A stretch of DNA of 64,000 nt from Candidatus Latescibacterota bacterium (lineage in GTDB: Bacteria > Latescibacterota > UBA2968 > GCA-2709665): positions 2,976,001-3,040,000 of the forward strand of contig OZ250150.1 in the NCBI GenBank assembly GCA_965237675.1, written 5' to 3'. The position numbers and the translations under genes were made by a program. Under the pieces are notes generated by a model that was not told where the DNA came from, did not search any database, and saw only the letters and a list, made by a program, of their open reading frames with translations. Shown piece by piece: positions 30,102-40,067 of the stretch; positions within the stretch are counted from its first letter, which is position 1; each line of letters opens with the position of its first letter.

Positions 30102-30890
30102 TTACAGAAGCGACCTGACAAAACCCCCGTCAACCTGCAGCGACGTGCCCGTAATATAGCTCGACCGGTCCGATGACAGGAATACAACGTAATCGGACAG
30201 TTCCTGCACCGTTCCAAGGCGGCCCAGCGGTATTTCTTCGACCAGCGGCCGCATCGCGTCCTGAACGGAGATTCCCTTCGTCCTGGCGGTTTCCTCGAAC
30301 TCCTCCCTCAGAAGCTCGGTGTCGATAAACCCCGTACACACGTTATTCACCAGAATCCGATCGCGCGCGTATTCGTTGGCGAGGGTCTTCGCCAGGCCCG
30401 CAACCGCCGTCCGCAACACGTTCGACACTGTATTTCCCGCCGGTTGCTTGACCGCGAACGCGCACAGATTTGTTATCCTGCCGCCACCCCGCGCCTGCAT
30501 CAGCGGGAGGACCCGCCTGCACATCCGGAGCACGTAATTCAGGATCAGATCCGTGTACTCCCCCCACATTGCTTCCGTGACATCGGCAAAGGCGGCGGCG
30601 GGCGGACCGCCGGAATTGTTCACGAGAATATCGATCCCGCCGAACGCTTCCACCGTCTTTTCCACCAATCGATCCACGGTCTCCTCACCGGAGAGATCCC
30701 CGGCAACGGTGAGTACGTCCGACCCTGTCGCCGCCCGGATCTCCGCGGCCGCCGCTTCCAGCCGCCGCTCGTTCCTCGCACAGATGGCGACCCGCGCCCC
30801 CTCCCGGGCAAGCGCCATCGCGCACCCTTTACCCAGGCCCCGGCTTGCGCCCCCGACGACCGCCACCTTGTTCCTCAATCCCATATCCAT
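30102..30890 (-). CDS. SDR family oxidoreductase
   Basis: GGASRGLG, ILVNNSGG, SNVLR, IPLGRLG, YITG...VDGG. Confidence 0.9.
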   Translation of the reverse strand: MDMGLRNKVAVVGGASRGLGKGCAMALAREGARVAICARNERRLEAAAAEIRAATGSDVLTVAGDLSGEETVDRLVEKTVEAFGGIDILVNNSGGPPAAAFADVTEAMWGEYTDLILNYVLRMCRRVLPLMQARGGGRITNLCAFAVKQPAGNTVSNVLRTAVAGLAKTLANEYARDRILVNNVCTGFIDTELLREEFEETARTKGISVQDAMRPLVEEIPLGRLGTVQELSDYVVFLSSDRSSYITGTSLQVDGGFVRSLL

Positions 30891-31095
30891 ATCAGACCTC
30901 CCGTGTAATTCACGCGGATTCGACCGCCAATTCGCACCCGCTTCCGTTTTCGCCAGGCGACCGACGGCCCCATTTCGATTGACATTCATTCGCTGCAGAC
31001 GCATGATACCGATTGCACCCTACCGGCAAATGACGGTGATCGGCCATTCTTTCGCTGACCGAGTTCGAAGATTGAACCAAGAAAGAGGTTTACCC

Positions 31096-32967
31096 ATGAG
31101 ATCAACCGAGATCCTCGCCCACAATTTCCGACATCACGGCCCCGCCACTACCAGCAGCCACCCCCGGGGTACCGTTGCCGCCGTCGACGGCGACGGCCGG
31201 AACGTGGTTCTCGTCTGGCTGTTCGACCATCGGGGCGGGTACGCGCTGCTGGTCATCGATGCCGCGACCGGTGAAAGCCGGGAGTTCCCCGTGCCCTTTC
31301 CGCCCGGAGGCGATTGCCCGTATGCGTCGCTCCTCTCGAGCCGGAATCGGTTCTACACCCACTTCAACGGTTACTTCGTGGAGTTCGACGTCAATACGCT
31401 GGGCTACACGTTTTGCCACGAAACCGCCCCCCGCATGGCGATGGGACTGACCGAAGACGACACGGGAGTGATCTGGTCTTCTACCTATCCGCACAGCGGG
31501 CTCGCGTCCTACGATCCGGAAAGCGGAGACTTCAGGGACTACGGGCACCTGTACGACCAGAACTGGCGCCAGTATCCCACCACCCTTGCCGCGGACGACG
31601 CCGGCTGGATTTACTTCGGCATCGGCACGACCCGGTGCCAAATCATTGCATTTGACCGGGAACGTGAACATGCAGCGCCGCTGCTGGCGGAGCACGAACG
31701 TTCCCGGGGAAGCGCGTCCGTCTACCGGGACCTCAATGGGAAAGTCTACGCCCTTCCACCGACAGGAACCCCATGGCCCGGGGACAACCCGGACGCGGAA
31801 TCATGGTACGAACTCCACCGGGGTGAGCGCAAGGCGGTACCCAGGCGGGAGAGGCGAGAAAAGCCCTATATCGCGGGAGATTCCGGCCACGTCCATCCAC
31901 ACTTCCCCGACGGCAGCACACTTCTGGAATGCTGCCTCTTCGATCGCGTGTTATCCGTGAAAGGTCCGGATGGCGTGCAATCGTCGAATGTGTCGTTCGA
32001 CTACACGAGCGAGGGCGCACACATCATGGGCGTCGCTGCCGCGCCGGACGGGAGCATCTGCGGGGGCACGTTCTTTCCCAGGCGCACTTTCAGCTATCGT
32101 CCGGGAACCGACACCTGGATCGAGCGGGAAAGCTTCGGCCAGTGGAATACCGTGGGCCGGCAGGGAGACCGCTTCTTTGTGGGCGGGTACGGCAGCGGCT
32201 CCCTCCTGGAATGGGATCCGTCCAGACCCTGGGTGACTACGGAAAAGGAGAACCCCGCCTCGAATCCCTTCTTCCACCGGATCTGCACGCCCACCCTGCA
32301 TCGCCCGCACAAACTGCTCGTCCATCCCGACGGCAAAACGCTGGTGGTGGCCGGAACCCCTGGCTACGGCTATACGGGCGGCGGGCTGCTCATCTGGGAC
32401 TGCGAGGGGCGAACCGGAACCCTGCTGGAACATACCGACCTGTTGCCGGATCACTCAACGGCGAGCCTGGCGGCGCTGCCGGGCGGGAAGCTGTTGGGGG
32501 GCACGACGACCAGCCCCGGAACCGGCGGGGAACAGAAGGCCGCCGAAGCCGAACTCTACATCTTCGACCTGGCCGCCAAAGAGGTGGAATGGCGCGAGGT
32601 CCTCTTCCCGGGGGCGCAGGAATACACCGACCTCTGTAACGGTACCGACGGCTTCGTCTACGGTTTTGTGGACCGGGCGCGGTTCTTCGTCTTTTGTCCC
32701 GAGAGTCGCCAGGTGGTCCATCAGGAAGATACCGAATCGACCTTTGGTCCAACGGCCCACCAGCAGGGGCCGCGCGTCTTCGTGCCGGCTCCTGGAAACG
32801 CGGTTTATATTCTCTTTGAAAAAGGCATCGCCCGCGTTGAACACGAGACGTTCGCGATCGACCTGTGCGCCCCTTCACCTGTGACGATCAGCAACGGAGG
32901 CGATTACCACGCCGGCCGCATCTATTTCACCAGCGACTCGCATCTTTACAGCTGGGAAATCTCATAG
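31096..32967 (+). CDS. Hypothetical beta-propeller protein
   Basis: GAGG RBS; repeated blades (YDPESG, DGSICGGT, GGLLIWD, LYIFD); no signal peptide. Confidence 0.7.
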   Translation: MRSTEILAHNFRHHGPATTSSHPRGTVAAVDGDGRNVVLVWLFDHRGGYALLVIDAATGESREFPVPFPPGGDCPYASLLSSRNRFYTHFNGYFVEFDVNTLGYTFCHETAPRMAMGLTEDDTGVIWSSTYPHSGLASYDPESGDFRDYGHLYDQNWRQYPTTLAADDAGWIYFGIGTTRCQIIAFDREREHAAPLLAEHERSRGSASVYRDLNGKVYALPPTGTPWPGDNPDAESWYELHRGERKAVPRRERREKPYIAGDSGHVHPHFPDGSTLLECCLFDRVLSVKGPDGVQSSNVSFDYTSEGAHIMGVAAAPDGSICGGTFFPRRTFSYRPGTDTWIERESFGQWNTVGRQGDRFFVGGYGSGSLLEWDPSRPWVTTEKENPASNPFFHRICTPTLHRPHKLLVHPDGKTLVVAGTPGYGYTGGGLLIWDCEGRTGTLLEHTDLLPDHSTASLAALPGGKLLGGTTTSPGTGGEQKAAEAELYIFDLAAKEVEWREVLFPGAQEYTDLCNGTDGFVYGFVDRARFFVFCPESRQVVHQEDTESTFGPTAHQQGPRVFVPAPGNAVYILFEKGIARVEHETFAIDLCAPSPVTISNGGDYHAGRIYFTSDSHLYSWEIS

Positions 32968-33033
32968 TGGAACGCCACTGCCGGGCCCTTCTTCCGACCT
33001 CGTCGCGGCCGGCCGGCACAAACCGCGATCGCT

Positions 33034-34611
33034 TTAGCCTTCAATAATCCCCCGCAGCCGCTCATCCAGATCCGCCCTGACAACCGGCTGCGGTTCCATC
33101 AGGCGACGGTCTCTCAGCGAACCTCCCACGTCGCGCGCCGGCAGGATTGACCTTGGGTCTCCCAACTCGTCGTCGATCAACGTCGCGAGCAGGCGCTCGA
33201 TCAACTGCTGTTTCACCCCTGTGTATGCCGGATTGTCCCAGAGGTTTCGCAGGTCCTCCGGATCGTTTCGGACGTCGTAAAGTTCGCCGTATGGCGCAGA
33301 CCCATAGTGGAGCAGTTTCCAGTCCTCGGTCACCAGCATCTTGACCTTCATCGCCCCCTCCGCCAGTACGGAAATCCGCTCCACAATTACGGCCTCCCGA
33401 TGCCGATGGACCTCGCCTCGCAGCACCCCCGCGAAGGACCGTCCTTCCATGCCAGGGAGGGCCTCGGCGCCCGCCAGGTCCAGGAACGTCGGTGTCAGGT
33501 CCAGCTGCGTCATGACGCCATCGTACACCCGCCCGTGTTCCCCCGACGGCTGCCGCCAGAAGAACGGCACGCGGTTTACGCATTCGTACGACATCATCGG
33601 TTTGGCTGCAATGCCGTGGTCCTTCAACCCTTCTCCGTGGTCCGACGTAAACACCACGTGGGTATGCTCCCACAGACCCTGCCGATTCAACTCTTCAAAA
33701 ACGTCGCCCATGGCGTCGTCGATGAACGTCGTCAATCCGAAATAGTGCGCCACAATTTCGCCGAAATGTGAGCCATCCCACCCGGTCAGTGTATTGTACC
33801 CTCCGTAGCGCTTTCCGCAACGGGCCCATCCGTAATGCGGCGGTTTGTCTTGTACGTCTTCCGGCGGGACCGGATCCTGCATTTCCGAAGGATCGTACAT
33901 GTCGCAATAGGGCCGAGGAGGCGCGAAGGGCTGATGAGGATCCGCAAAAGACATCCACAGGAAGAACGGCTGATTCGGATCCCGGTTCCGCAGCCAGTTT
34001 ACGGTGCGCTGGCCGGTCCAGTGTGTGTAGTGCCACTGTGCGGGCAGTGCGTTCTTCCACGACATGTAGGCACCCGTGGGGGGTGCCAGGGCATGGTCCT
34101 TTCTCCAAAGCATCAACCCTTGGGGATGGTTCCGTTCCAGCCACACACGCCAATGCCCCGCAGGGTAGGCATGGCCCGTGTGCAACTCCACGTAGTTGAA
34201 CCCGTAGTAGGGCCCGTACCACAAACCGTCTACCGGACTCGCCGTCGCTCCGTCGGGCGAATGGTCGGGCAGCACGTCCTCCAGGTCCGCCGTCCTGAAA
34301 TGCGCCTTTCCGATCAAAGCCGTCTCATACCCCGCCTTCCGCAGGGAATCGCCCAGTACCGGTATGGCCTCGCTCAGGTTGACATCGTGGTTGAATACCT
34401 GGTGGCCCCGCTGGCTTCTCCCTGTAATCATGCTCGCCCGGGAGGGCATACATATCGCATTGGTCGGATACATGCGGCTGAACTGATCGCCCTCAAGGGC
34501 CAGCCGATCCATGCACGGCGTCCGCAGCACAGGATTGTGAATCCCGACCGCGTCCCAGCGTTGCTGGTCGGTTGTGATGAATAGGAAGTTTGGATGCGCC
34601 GGCTGACTCAT
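33034..34611 (-). CDS. Sulfatase (formylglycine-dependent)
   Basis: NFLFITTDQQR, CMPSRASMITG (CxPxR), GKAH, DPH, FTSDHG, ELYD..NDP. Confidence 0.92.
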   Translation of the reverse strand: MSQPAHPNFLFITTDQQRWDAVGIHNPVLRTPCMDRLALEGDQFSRMYPTNAICMPSRASMITGRSQRGHQVFNHDVNLSEAIPVLGDSLRKAGYETALIGKAHFRTADLEDVLPDHSPDGATASPVDGLWYGPYYGFNYVELHTGHAYPAGHWRVWLERNHPQGLMLWRKDHALAPPTGAYMSWKNALPAQWHYTHWTGQRTVNWLRNRDPNQPFFLWMSFADPHQPFAPPRPYCDMYDPSEMQDPVPPEDVQDKPPHYGWARCGKRYGGYNTLTGWDGSHFGEIVAHYFGLTTFIDDAMGDVFEELNRQGLWEHTHVVFTSDHGEGLKDHGIAAKPMMSYECVNRVPFFWRQPSGEHGRVYDGVMTQLDLTPTFLDLAGAEALPGMEGRSFAGVLRGEVHRHREAVIVERISVLAEGAMKVKMLVTEDWKLLHYGSAPYGELYDVRNDPEDLRNLWDNPAYTGVKQQLIERLLATLIDDELGDPRSILPARDVGGSLRDRRLMEPQPVVRADLDERLRGIIEG

Positions 34612-34695
34612 AAGCGATTCACCGTTCCGGCCTCCAGTGTAGGCTTCCCGAGCTGAAGTCGGACGTCGGATCAGAATGTGGACCACAGAAAGTCC

Positions 34696-35430
34696 TTAAG
34701 GATTGCATTTTGTGGCCTTTTCCTTCCAATTCTCGTAAAACCGTCTTGCGTATCCCCTGAAGACATCCAGCTTCCCCACCACAGCCCGTTCGAAATCCAC
34801 CATCGCATCTTCTCCCAGCGTATCCACCAGGGCTCTGTGGTACGCCGGCACGGCGCCCCACTCTTCGATGGTATCCTCCGTAATCTCGATATGAAACTGG
34901 GCGGTGATCGCGTGATCCCCCATACTCATCGCCTGAACCGCGCACAACTCCGACGATGCAAGGACCTCCAGTTCATCCGGCACCGCCGTCACCGCCGAGC
35001 TATGCCATTGCAGACAGGGCAGCGTCGCGGGGAAACCCCGGAAGAAACCACTCGCCTTACCCGGTGTCGTGAGGGAAATATCCATCACCCCCACCTCGGG
35101 CCGGTCGTTCAGGCCCACGGTACCGCCTAGGGCTGCCGCCAGCAACTGGTGGCCGAGGCAGATGCCCACAAACGGCATCTTTCTCTCGACCACTGCGTAC
35201 CGAATGGCGGCTTTCTCCTCGATCAACCACGGATGAACATCCTCTTCCCAGACGTCCATGGGCCCACCCATCACCCATAACGCGTCGTAGGCGTACGGAT
35301 CCGGGATGCGCTCTCCCGCATCCAGTTCCACGACGTCCCACGAAATTCCGTCCTCGGCGAAGAACTCGCGAAACAGGCCGGGATGTTCGACGTCCAGGTG
35401 TTGAAAGACGAGCAGACGTTTAAGGGCCAT
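34696..35430 (-). CDS. Type 1 glutamine amidotransferase
   Basis: MGGPM, GICLGHQ nucleophile, QFHIE. Confidence 0.9.
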   Translation of the reverse strand: MALKRLLVFQHLDVEHPGLFREFFAEDGISWDVVELDAGERIPDPYAYDALWVMGGPMDVWEEDVHPWLIEEKAAIRYAVVERKMPFVGICLGHQLLAAALGGTVGLNDRPEVGVMDISLTTPGKASGFFRGFPATLPCLQWHSSAVTAVPDELEVLASSELCAVQAMSMGDHAITAQFHIEITEDTIEEWGAVPAYHRALVDTLGEDAMVDFERAVVGKLDVFRGYARRFYENWKEKATKCNP

Positions 35431-35618
35431 GATTTCCTCTCGGTTTTTCCTTCTGGATTCCAGGCCAGGAAATCAATATGTTGTTACCAGGGGCAGTGAA
35501 TAGTTGACGTTTTTTTCCTGCCATGCAGAGGAGTTCGATGTCAACTATAACGTGCTCCCGGTAATATGCAAGAAGCGTAGGGGTCACATACGCTTGTTCC
35601 CATCTGCTGCCCTGGGCT

Positions 35619-35735
35619 TGCCGAAACGTGGTCATTGCGTGCGTTGAGCTTGTCGAAATGCCCACGCTGTCGCCACCCTTCGCCGACCCTTCGACAACCC
35701 TTCGACAAGCTCAGGGTGCCGGCTTAGGGCAGGGC
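35619..35735. repeat. Inverted copy of the 28524-28720 repeat element
   Basis: CGTGGTCATTGCGTGCGTTGAGCTTGTCGAAA...CCCTTCGCCGACCCTTCGACAACCCTTCGACAAGCTCAGGGTGC. Confidence 0.75.
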
Positions 35736-35776
35736 GTAGGAACGACTCCGTTCAACGTCACACGGAGGCAGACACC

Positions 35777-36490
35777 ATGAATCTGTTGCGGAAATGCGGC
35801 GCGGAATTTATCGGCGCTTTTGCCATTGTACTGGGCGGATGCGGCGCCATTGCCGTCAACCAGATCAGCGGCGGTGCCGTCTCCCACGTGGGAATCGCCA
35901 CCGCCTTCGGGCTTATCGTGATGACGATGGTGTACGCCACCGGCCACATCTCGGGCGCCCATTTCAATCCCGCCGTGACCGTTGCCTTTTCCTTCACGAG
36001 GCACTTTCCCAAGCGGGAGATCGTCCCGTACATTGCCGCCCAATGCCTCGGCGCCGTTCTCGCCAGTTGCATCCACCTTGTCACGCTTTCGCCCGTGCTG
36101 AAACTCCGGCTGCCGGGCCAACGCCTCGATCTGGGTGTCACGCAACCCCTGGACGGCGCATGGACCACGGCCTTCGTCTGGGAATTCCTGCTCGCCTTCC
36201 TGCTGATGGTCGTCATCATGGCGGTTGCCACGGACTACCGGGCCACGGGCCATGCCGCCGGCCTCGCCATCGGCGGCACGATCTGGTTCGAAGCCATGTT
36301 CGCGGGCCCCCTATGCGGTGCGTCCATGAACCCCGCCCGCAGCCTGGGTCCGGCCCTTGTCTCAGGCAACTGGCAGCATTTCACGGCGTATGCCGCCGGA
36401 CCCGTGCTGGGCGCGCTTGCCGGCGCCCTTTTCTACGAATTTATCCGGTGCCACCCCGGGGATGAAACCGAAGTCAAGGGATGCTGCTGA
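35777..36490 (+). CDS. Aquaporin (MIP family channel)
   Basis: HISGAHFNPAVT and SMNPARS motifs; hydrophobic helices; C-terminal CC. Confidence 0.92.
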   Translation: MNLLRKCGAEFIGAFAIVLGGCGAIAVNQISGGAVSHVGIATAFGLIVMTMVYATGHISGAHFNPAVTVAFSFTRHFPKREIVPYIAAQCLGAVLASCIHLVTLSPVLKLRLPGQRLDLGVTQPLDGAWTTAFVWEFLLAFLLMVVIMAVATDYRATGHAAGLAIGGTIWFEAMFAGPLCGASMNPARSLGPALVSGNWQHFTAYAAGPVLGALAGALFYEFIRCHPGDETEVKGCC

Positions 36491-36539
36491 GAAACAGCAT
36501 CAGCATCGTCCCTCGACGTCCAAACGCAATGCCTCCGCC

Positions 36540-37376
36540 TTAAATCACGAGCGCAACTGCGAGTATGGCCAGCCCCACACCGGCGGCGGCGACGCGGTTG
36601 AGGCGTTCTTTCCAGAAGAAATGGGCGGACAGATTGTCGAGCAGGATCACGCTGCAACCCACAGCGGGGTAAAAAAGGGTGCCGGGCAGTCGGCTGAGGG
36701 CAACCATGATGACGCACAGCGCCAAGGCGTTATACGTGCCGAGGCTAACCCCCATTGCAAGTTCGGACCGCCTGGGGCGACGCATCCTCCCCGCAATGAA
36801 GGTGAAACCGATCGTGCCCGCGGTGGCGCCCATCACCATCAGGATCTGGACGAATTCCCCGTCGAGTCCGGCATAGTGAACCGAACGCAGGCAGGAGTGA
36901 CTCAGGCCCTGGGCGAAAAAAACCGCGAACAGCAGGCCGAAGGTTTTTGCGCCGGTCGCGTGGGCGCTTCCCCTCGCGCCCGAGGTCATCATCAGCAGCG
37001 CGGGAAAGGCAAGTATGATGCCTCCGAATTGAGTGGGTACAACCGGTTCCTGCCAGAGCCAGATTCCCAGGGCAACGGGCACCGCAATGGAAATACGAAA
37101 GGCCGTCAACACGGCCCCGACGGATGCGATTTCCAGGACGCGCATCATCAATGACATCGATCCGATGAATATCGCCCCTGTAATCAGGCCTGTCTGCAGC
37201 GCGGCTGCCGAAAACGTGAACCGACCCGTGGCCAGCAGATAGATGGCGAGGACCGCGCAGAGCGTCAGATAATTTGTGGAAACCACGACGGGCGCGTAAT
37301 AGCCGCGACGCTGGGAGAATTTGCAGATCTGGACAAATCCGAAATCAAGTAGAATCGCGAGTAGCAACCAGGTCAA
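36540..37376 (-). CDS. DMT/EamA-like transporter
   Basis: About 10 hydrophobic helices in two repeats ending WQEP and FWKERL. Confidence 0.75.
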   Translation of the reverse strand: MTWLLLAILLDFGFVQICKFSQRRGYYAPVVVSTNYLTLCAVLAIYLLATGRFTFSAAALQTGLITGAIFIGSMSLMMRVLEIASVGAVLTAFRISIAVPVALGIWLWQEPVVPTQFGGIILAFPALLMMTSGARGSAHATGAKTFGLLFAVFFAQGLSHSCLRSVHYAGLDGEFVQILMVMGATAGTIGFTFIAGRMRRPRRSELAMGVSLGTYNALALCVIMVALSRLPGTLFYPAVGCSVILLDNLSAHFFWKERLNRVAAAGVGLAILAVALVI

Positions 37377-37544
37377 TTCGGGCGCCTCTTCCGTCTTTTC
37401 AGGCCAACCACAGCAGGAATGATGCGTTTTAAGAATTCCGCCGAGCCGGACGGGTTTTTGCCGTCTGATCAGGCTCTACGGGTGTGCAATCCGTTCGAGG
37501 GGTCCTTGAGAATACGCGATTTGAAGTCCTGATGCGAAGTTCGT

Positions 37545-38324
37545 TTACGGCACCTGACTCCAGACCTCGCGGATCCATGGCAGGGCTGCCTTCAACGGCG
37601 CAATAAACAGATCGGTCTCGAAGTGCGTCAAACCCTGTACAACAATCATCTCGATACGAACGCCTTTGGCAATCAGCGTCCGCACCGTCGTTTCCACCGG
37701 TTCGAACGGAATCACCTCATCCGCAACGCTGTGGATGACCAGCAGGGGAATCTGCCAGTCCACGTCGGCGGCATTCTCCTCCGGCCTCGCCGAAATGGGA
37801 ATCGCGGCCCGAAAGAGTTCCGGGTGTCGCGCCGCCATATACCAGGTGCCCCGCCCGCCCATGCTGAAACCCGTCACAAGCGTCCTGGTTTCGTCAATCG
37901 TGTAGTTGGCCTTGATTGCCCGGATCAGATCCAGCACATTCTTCTCGCTCTCCGCGTTGTCCCAACCCCCCGACATGGCGTCGGGCGCAACGACGATCGC
38001 CCCAAGATCCTCCAGCGCAGGCAGGACCAGAATCTCCAGCATCCCGCCGCCGTAAAATGGCGTCACCGTTCCGCCGAAGTGCAGTGACAGAATCAGAGGC
38101 GCGCCACGCTGTGCGTCGTATCCGGCCGGTATGGAGATGGTATACCGCTGGGAACCGGGCAGCAGCACCCTGCGATAGATACCGGGCGACTGTGGCAAGT
38201 CCTCCTCGCCGGACCCCACCGGATCGTCGGACCCGCAGGCTGCCACCGCAACTGCAAGCGCTCCCGCCAGCAGCCAATAACTGGCTGGCGATTTTTTTCC
38301 TAACCATCGGCACAAGAAATTCAT
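37545..38324 (-). CDS. Lipoprotein alpha/beta hydrolase (esterase/peptidase)
   Basis: Lipobox VAA-C, PLILSLH, TGFSMGG nucleophile elbow, HSVADEV, GLTH. Confidence 0.8.
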   Translation of the reverse strand: MNFLCRWLGKKSPASYWLLAGALAVAVAACGSDDPVGSGEEDLPQSPGIYRRVLLPGSQRYTISIPAGYDAQRGAPLILSLHFGGTVTPFYGGGMLEILVLPALEDLGAIVVAPDAMSGGWDNAESEKNVLDLIRAIKANYTIDETRTLVTGFSMGGRGTWYMAARHPELFRAAIPISARPEENAADVDWQIPLLVIHSVADEVIPFEPVETTVRTLIAKGVRIEMIVVQGLTHFETDLFIAPLKAALPWIREVWSQVP

Positions 38325-38417
38325 ATCTTTCCCCAATCCGAATCTGTGGACATGTCCCCGTGGCTTCAATATACGGTATCCGGGATTCACAACAAAACGG
38401 GTATTGAAGGACGCATC

Positions 38418-40040
38418 ATGACCGGCGCCGACATACTTATCCGGAGTCTCAAAGCCCAGAACATCCGATGCATCGTCGGTATGCCGGGCAACCAGAATAT
38501 CGACATTTACGACGCCCTGCTGCGGGCGGGCGGTATCGACCATTACCTCATCCGCAACGAACAGGGCGCAACGCTCGTCGCCAACGGATATGCCCGGGCG
38601 TCGGGCGAAGTGGGGGTTGCGCTCACCGTTCCCGGCCCCGGCGCCACGAACGCGTCCACGGGTATCGTCGACGCCCATACCGACTGCGTTCCGGTTCTGC
38701 TCATTACCGGCGGCACCGAAGTGGCCTTCAACGGGCGCGACCGGAGCAAGTGTTTCCACGGCCTGGATCAGGCCGCCTTCTTTGCGCCGATTACCCGGTT
38801 CTTCGCGCGCCCGGAACGTCTGGAGGACATTCCGGAAGCCGTCGTGGGCGCCTTCACCGCGTTGCGCGCGCCCCGGCCGGGGCCGGCCGTAATCGAGCTT
38901 CCCGTCGACGTTGCCGCCGCCGAGGGTGACGCAGACGTCCCCATCTACGTGGAGGGCCACCGCACCGAGCCGGACCCGGCGGACCTCCGGCGGGTCGCCG
39001 AAGTCATCGCGCGTATGGAAAGGCCGGCCATTCTCACGGGCGGCAATACGGCCGATTCGAACGCGGCCGCGGAACTTCGCGCGCTTTCCGAAACCCTCAA
39101 CGCGCCCGTGCTCTTCACCCGGCTCGGTAAGGGCGTCTTCCCGGATTCCCACCGGCTATCCGCGGGCCACTGCCGTGCCGGACTGGCGAATCGCGTTCTG
39201 AAGAGGGCCGATGGGCTGATTGCCGTGGGTTGCCGTTTTACCCAGATCGACACGTCGGGCTGGACCATGAAACTGCCTCCCACCCGCGTGCAACTCGATC
39301 CCGATCCCTCCGAACTCGGCCGCGAAATCTCAATCGACGCGGGCGCCGCGGGAGACCTGAAGCAGTCCCTGCCCTTTCTCCTCGATGCACTGGCTGAGAC
39401 GGAACAAACGGCGATTGGCTGGAACGATACGCTGCAACGGTTGCGGAAAGAGATCGCCATGGTCCGTCAACCGCTGCCAATGATGTCGGCGATGCGTGAG
39501 CACCTCGATTCAGACGCCGTCGTTTCGGTGGACGTCACCTCCATCGGATACCGATCCTTCGATGAATTCCCGATCGACCATCCCCGTTGTTTTCTGTATC
39601 CGTGTCACTCGGTGACCCTCGGTTTCGCGGCCCCCGCCGCCATCGGCGCCAAACTCGCCCAGCCCCACCGCCAGGTGGCCGCCTTCTGCGGCGACGGTGG
39701 ATTTCAGATGACGGCATTCGAACTGGCAACCGCCGCCGAACATGGAATCGAAATCATCTGCGTGGTCATCAACGACGGCAGCCTCAGCGCCATCCGGGGC
39801 GCCCAGGCCAAATCGTTCGACGGTCGGACCATAGACACCGATATGCAGACCCCCCGCATTGCCGAACTGGCCCGCTCCATGGGTGCCCGGGGGATTCGGG
39901 TGGATGAACCGGACCGCTTTCCCGCCGTCTTTGCCGATGTAATCGGCCTCGAGGGGCCGACGGTTATCGAAGTCGTAATGCAAAAACAACGCGACCACCT
40001 CATCCGGCAGGTTCCGTGGTTGTATCCGGACCAGACGTGA
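38418..40040 (+). CDS. Thiamine pyrophosphate-binding enzyme (acetolactate synthase-like)
   Basis: RNEQGA, GPGATN, GDGGF...VIND TPP motif. Confidence 0.88.
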   Translation: MTGADILIRSLKAQNIRCIVGMPGNQNIDIYDALLRAGGIDHYLIRNEQGATLVANGYARASGEVGVALTVPGPGATNASTGIVDAHTDCVPVLLITGGTEVAFNGRDRSKCFHGLDQAAFFAPITRFFARPERLEDIPEAVVGAFTALRAPRPGPAVIELPVDVAAAEGDADVPIYVEGHRTEPDPADLRRVAEVIARMERPAILTGGNTADSNAAAELRALSETLNAPVLFTRLGKGVFPDSHRLSAGHCRAGLANRVLKRADGLIAVGCRFTQIDTSGWTMKLPPTRVQLDPDPSELGREISIDAGAAGDLKQSLPFLLDALAETEQTAIGWNDTLQRLRKEIAMVRQPLPMMSAMREHLDSDAVVSVDVTSIGYRSFDEFPIDHPRCFLYPCHSVTLGFAAPAAIGAKLAQPHRQVAAFCGDGGFQMTAFELATAAEHGIEIICVVINDGSLSAIRGAQAKSFDGRTIDTDMQTPRIAELARSMGARGIRVDEPDRFPAVFADVIGLEGPTVIEVVMQKQRDHLIRQVPWLYPDQT

Positions 40041-40067
40041 CGTGCGAATTTACGGAAGAGAGGCACG

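Noticed and set aside
30553-31095. N-terminal extension of the 804-aa ORF
   Set aside because: Overlaps the SDR gene antisense; an RBS supports ATG 31096
38325-39152. N-terminal extension of the 535-aa ORF 37545-39152
   Set aside because: Antisense shadow of the TPP enzyme; the lipoprotein signal begins at ATG 38324
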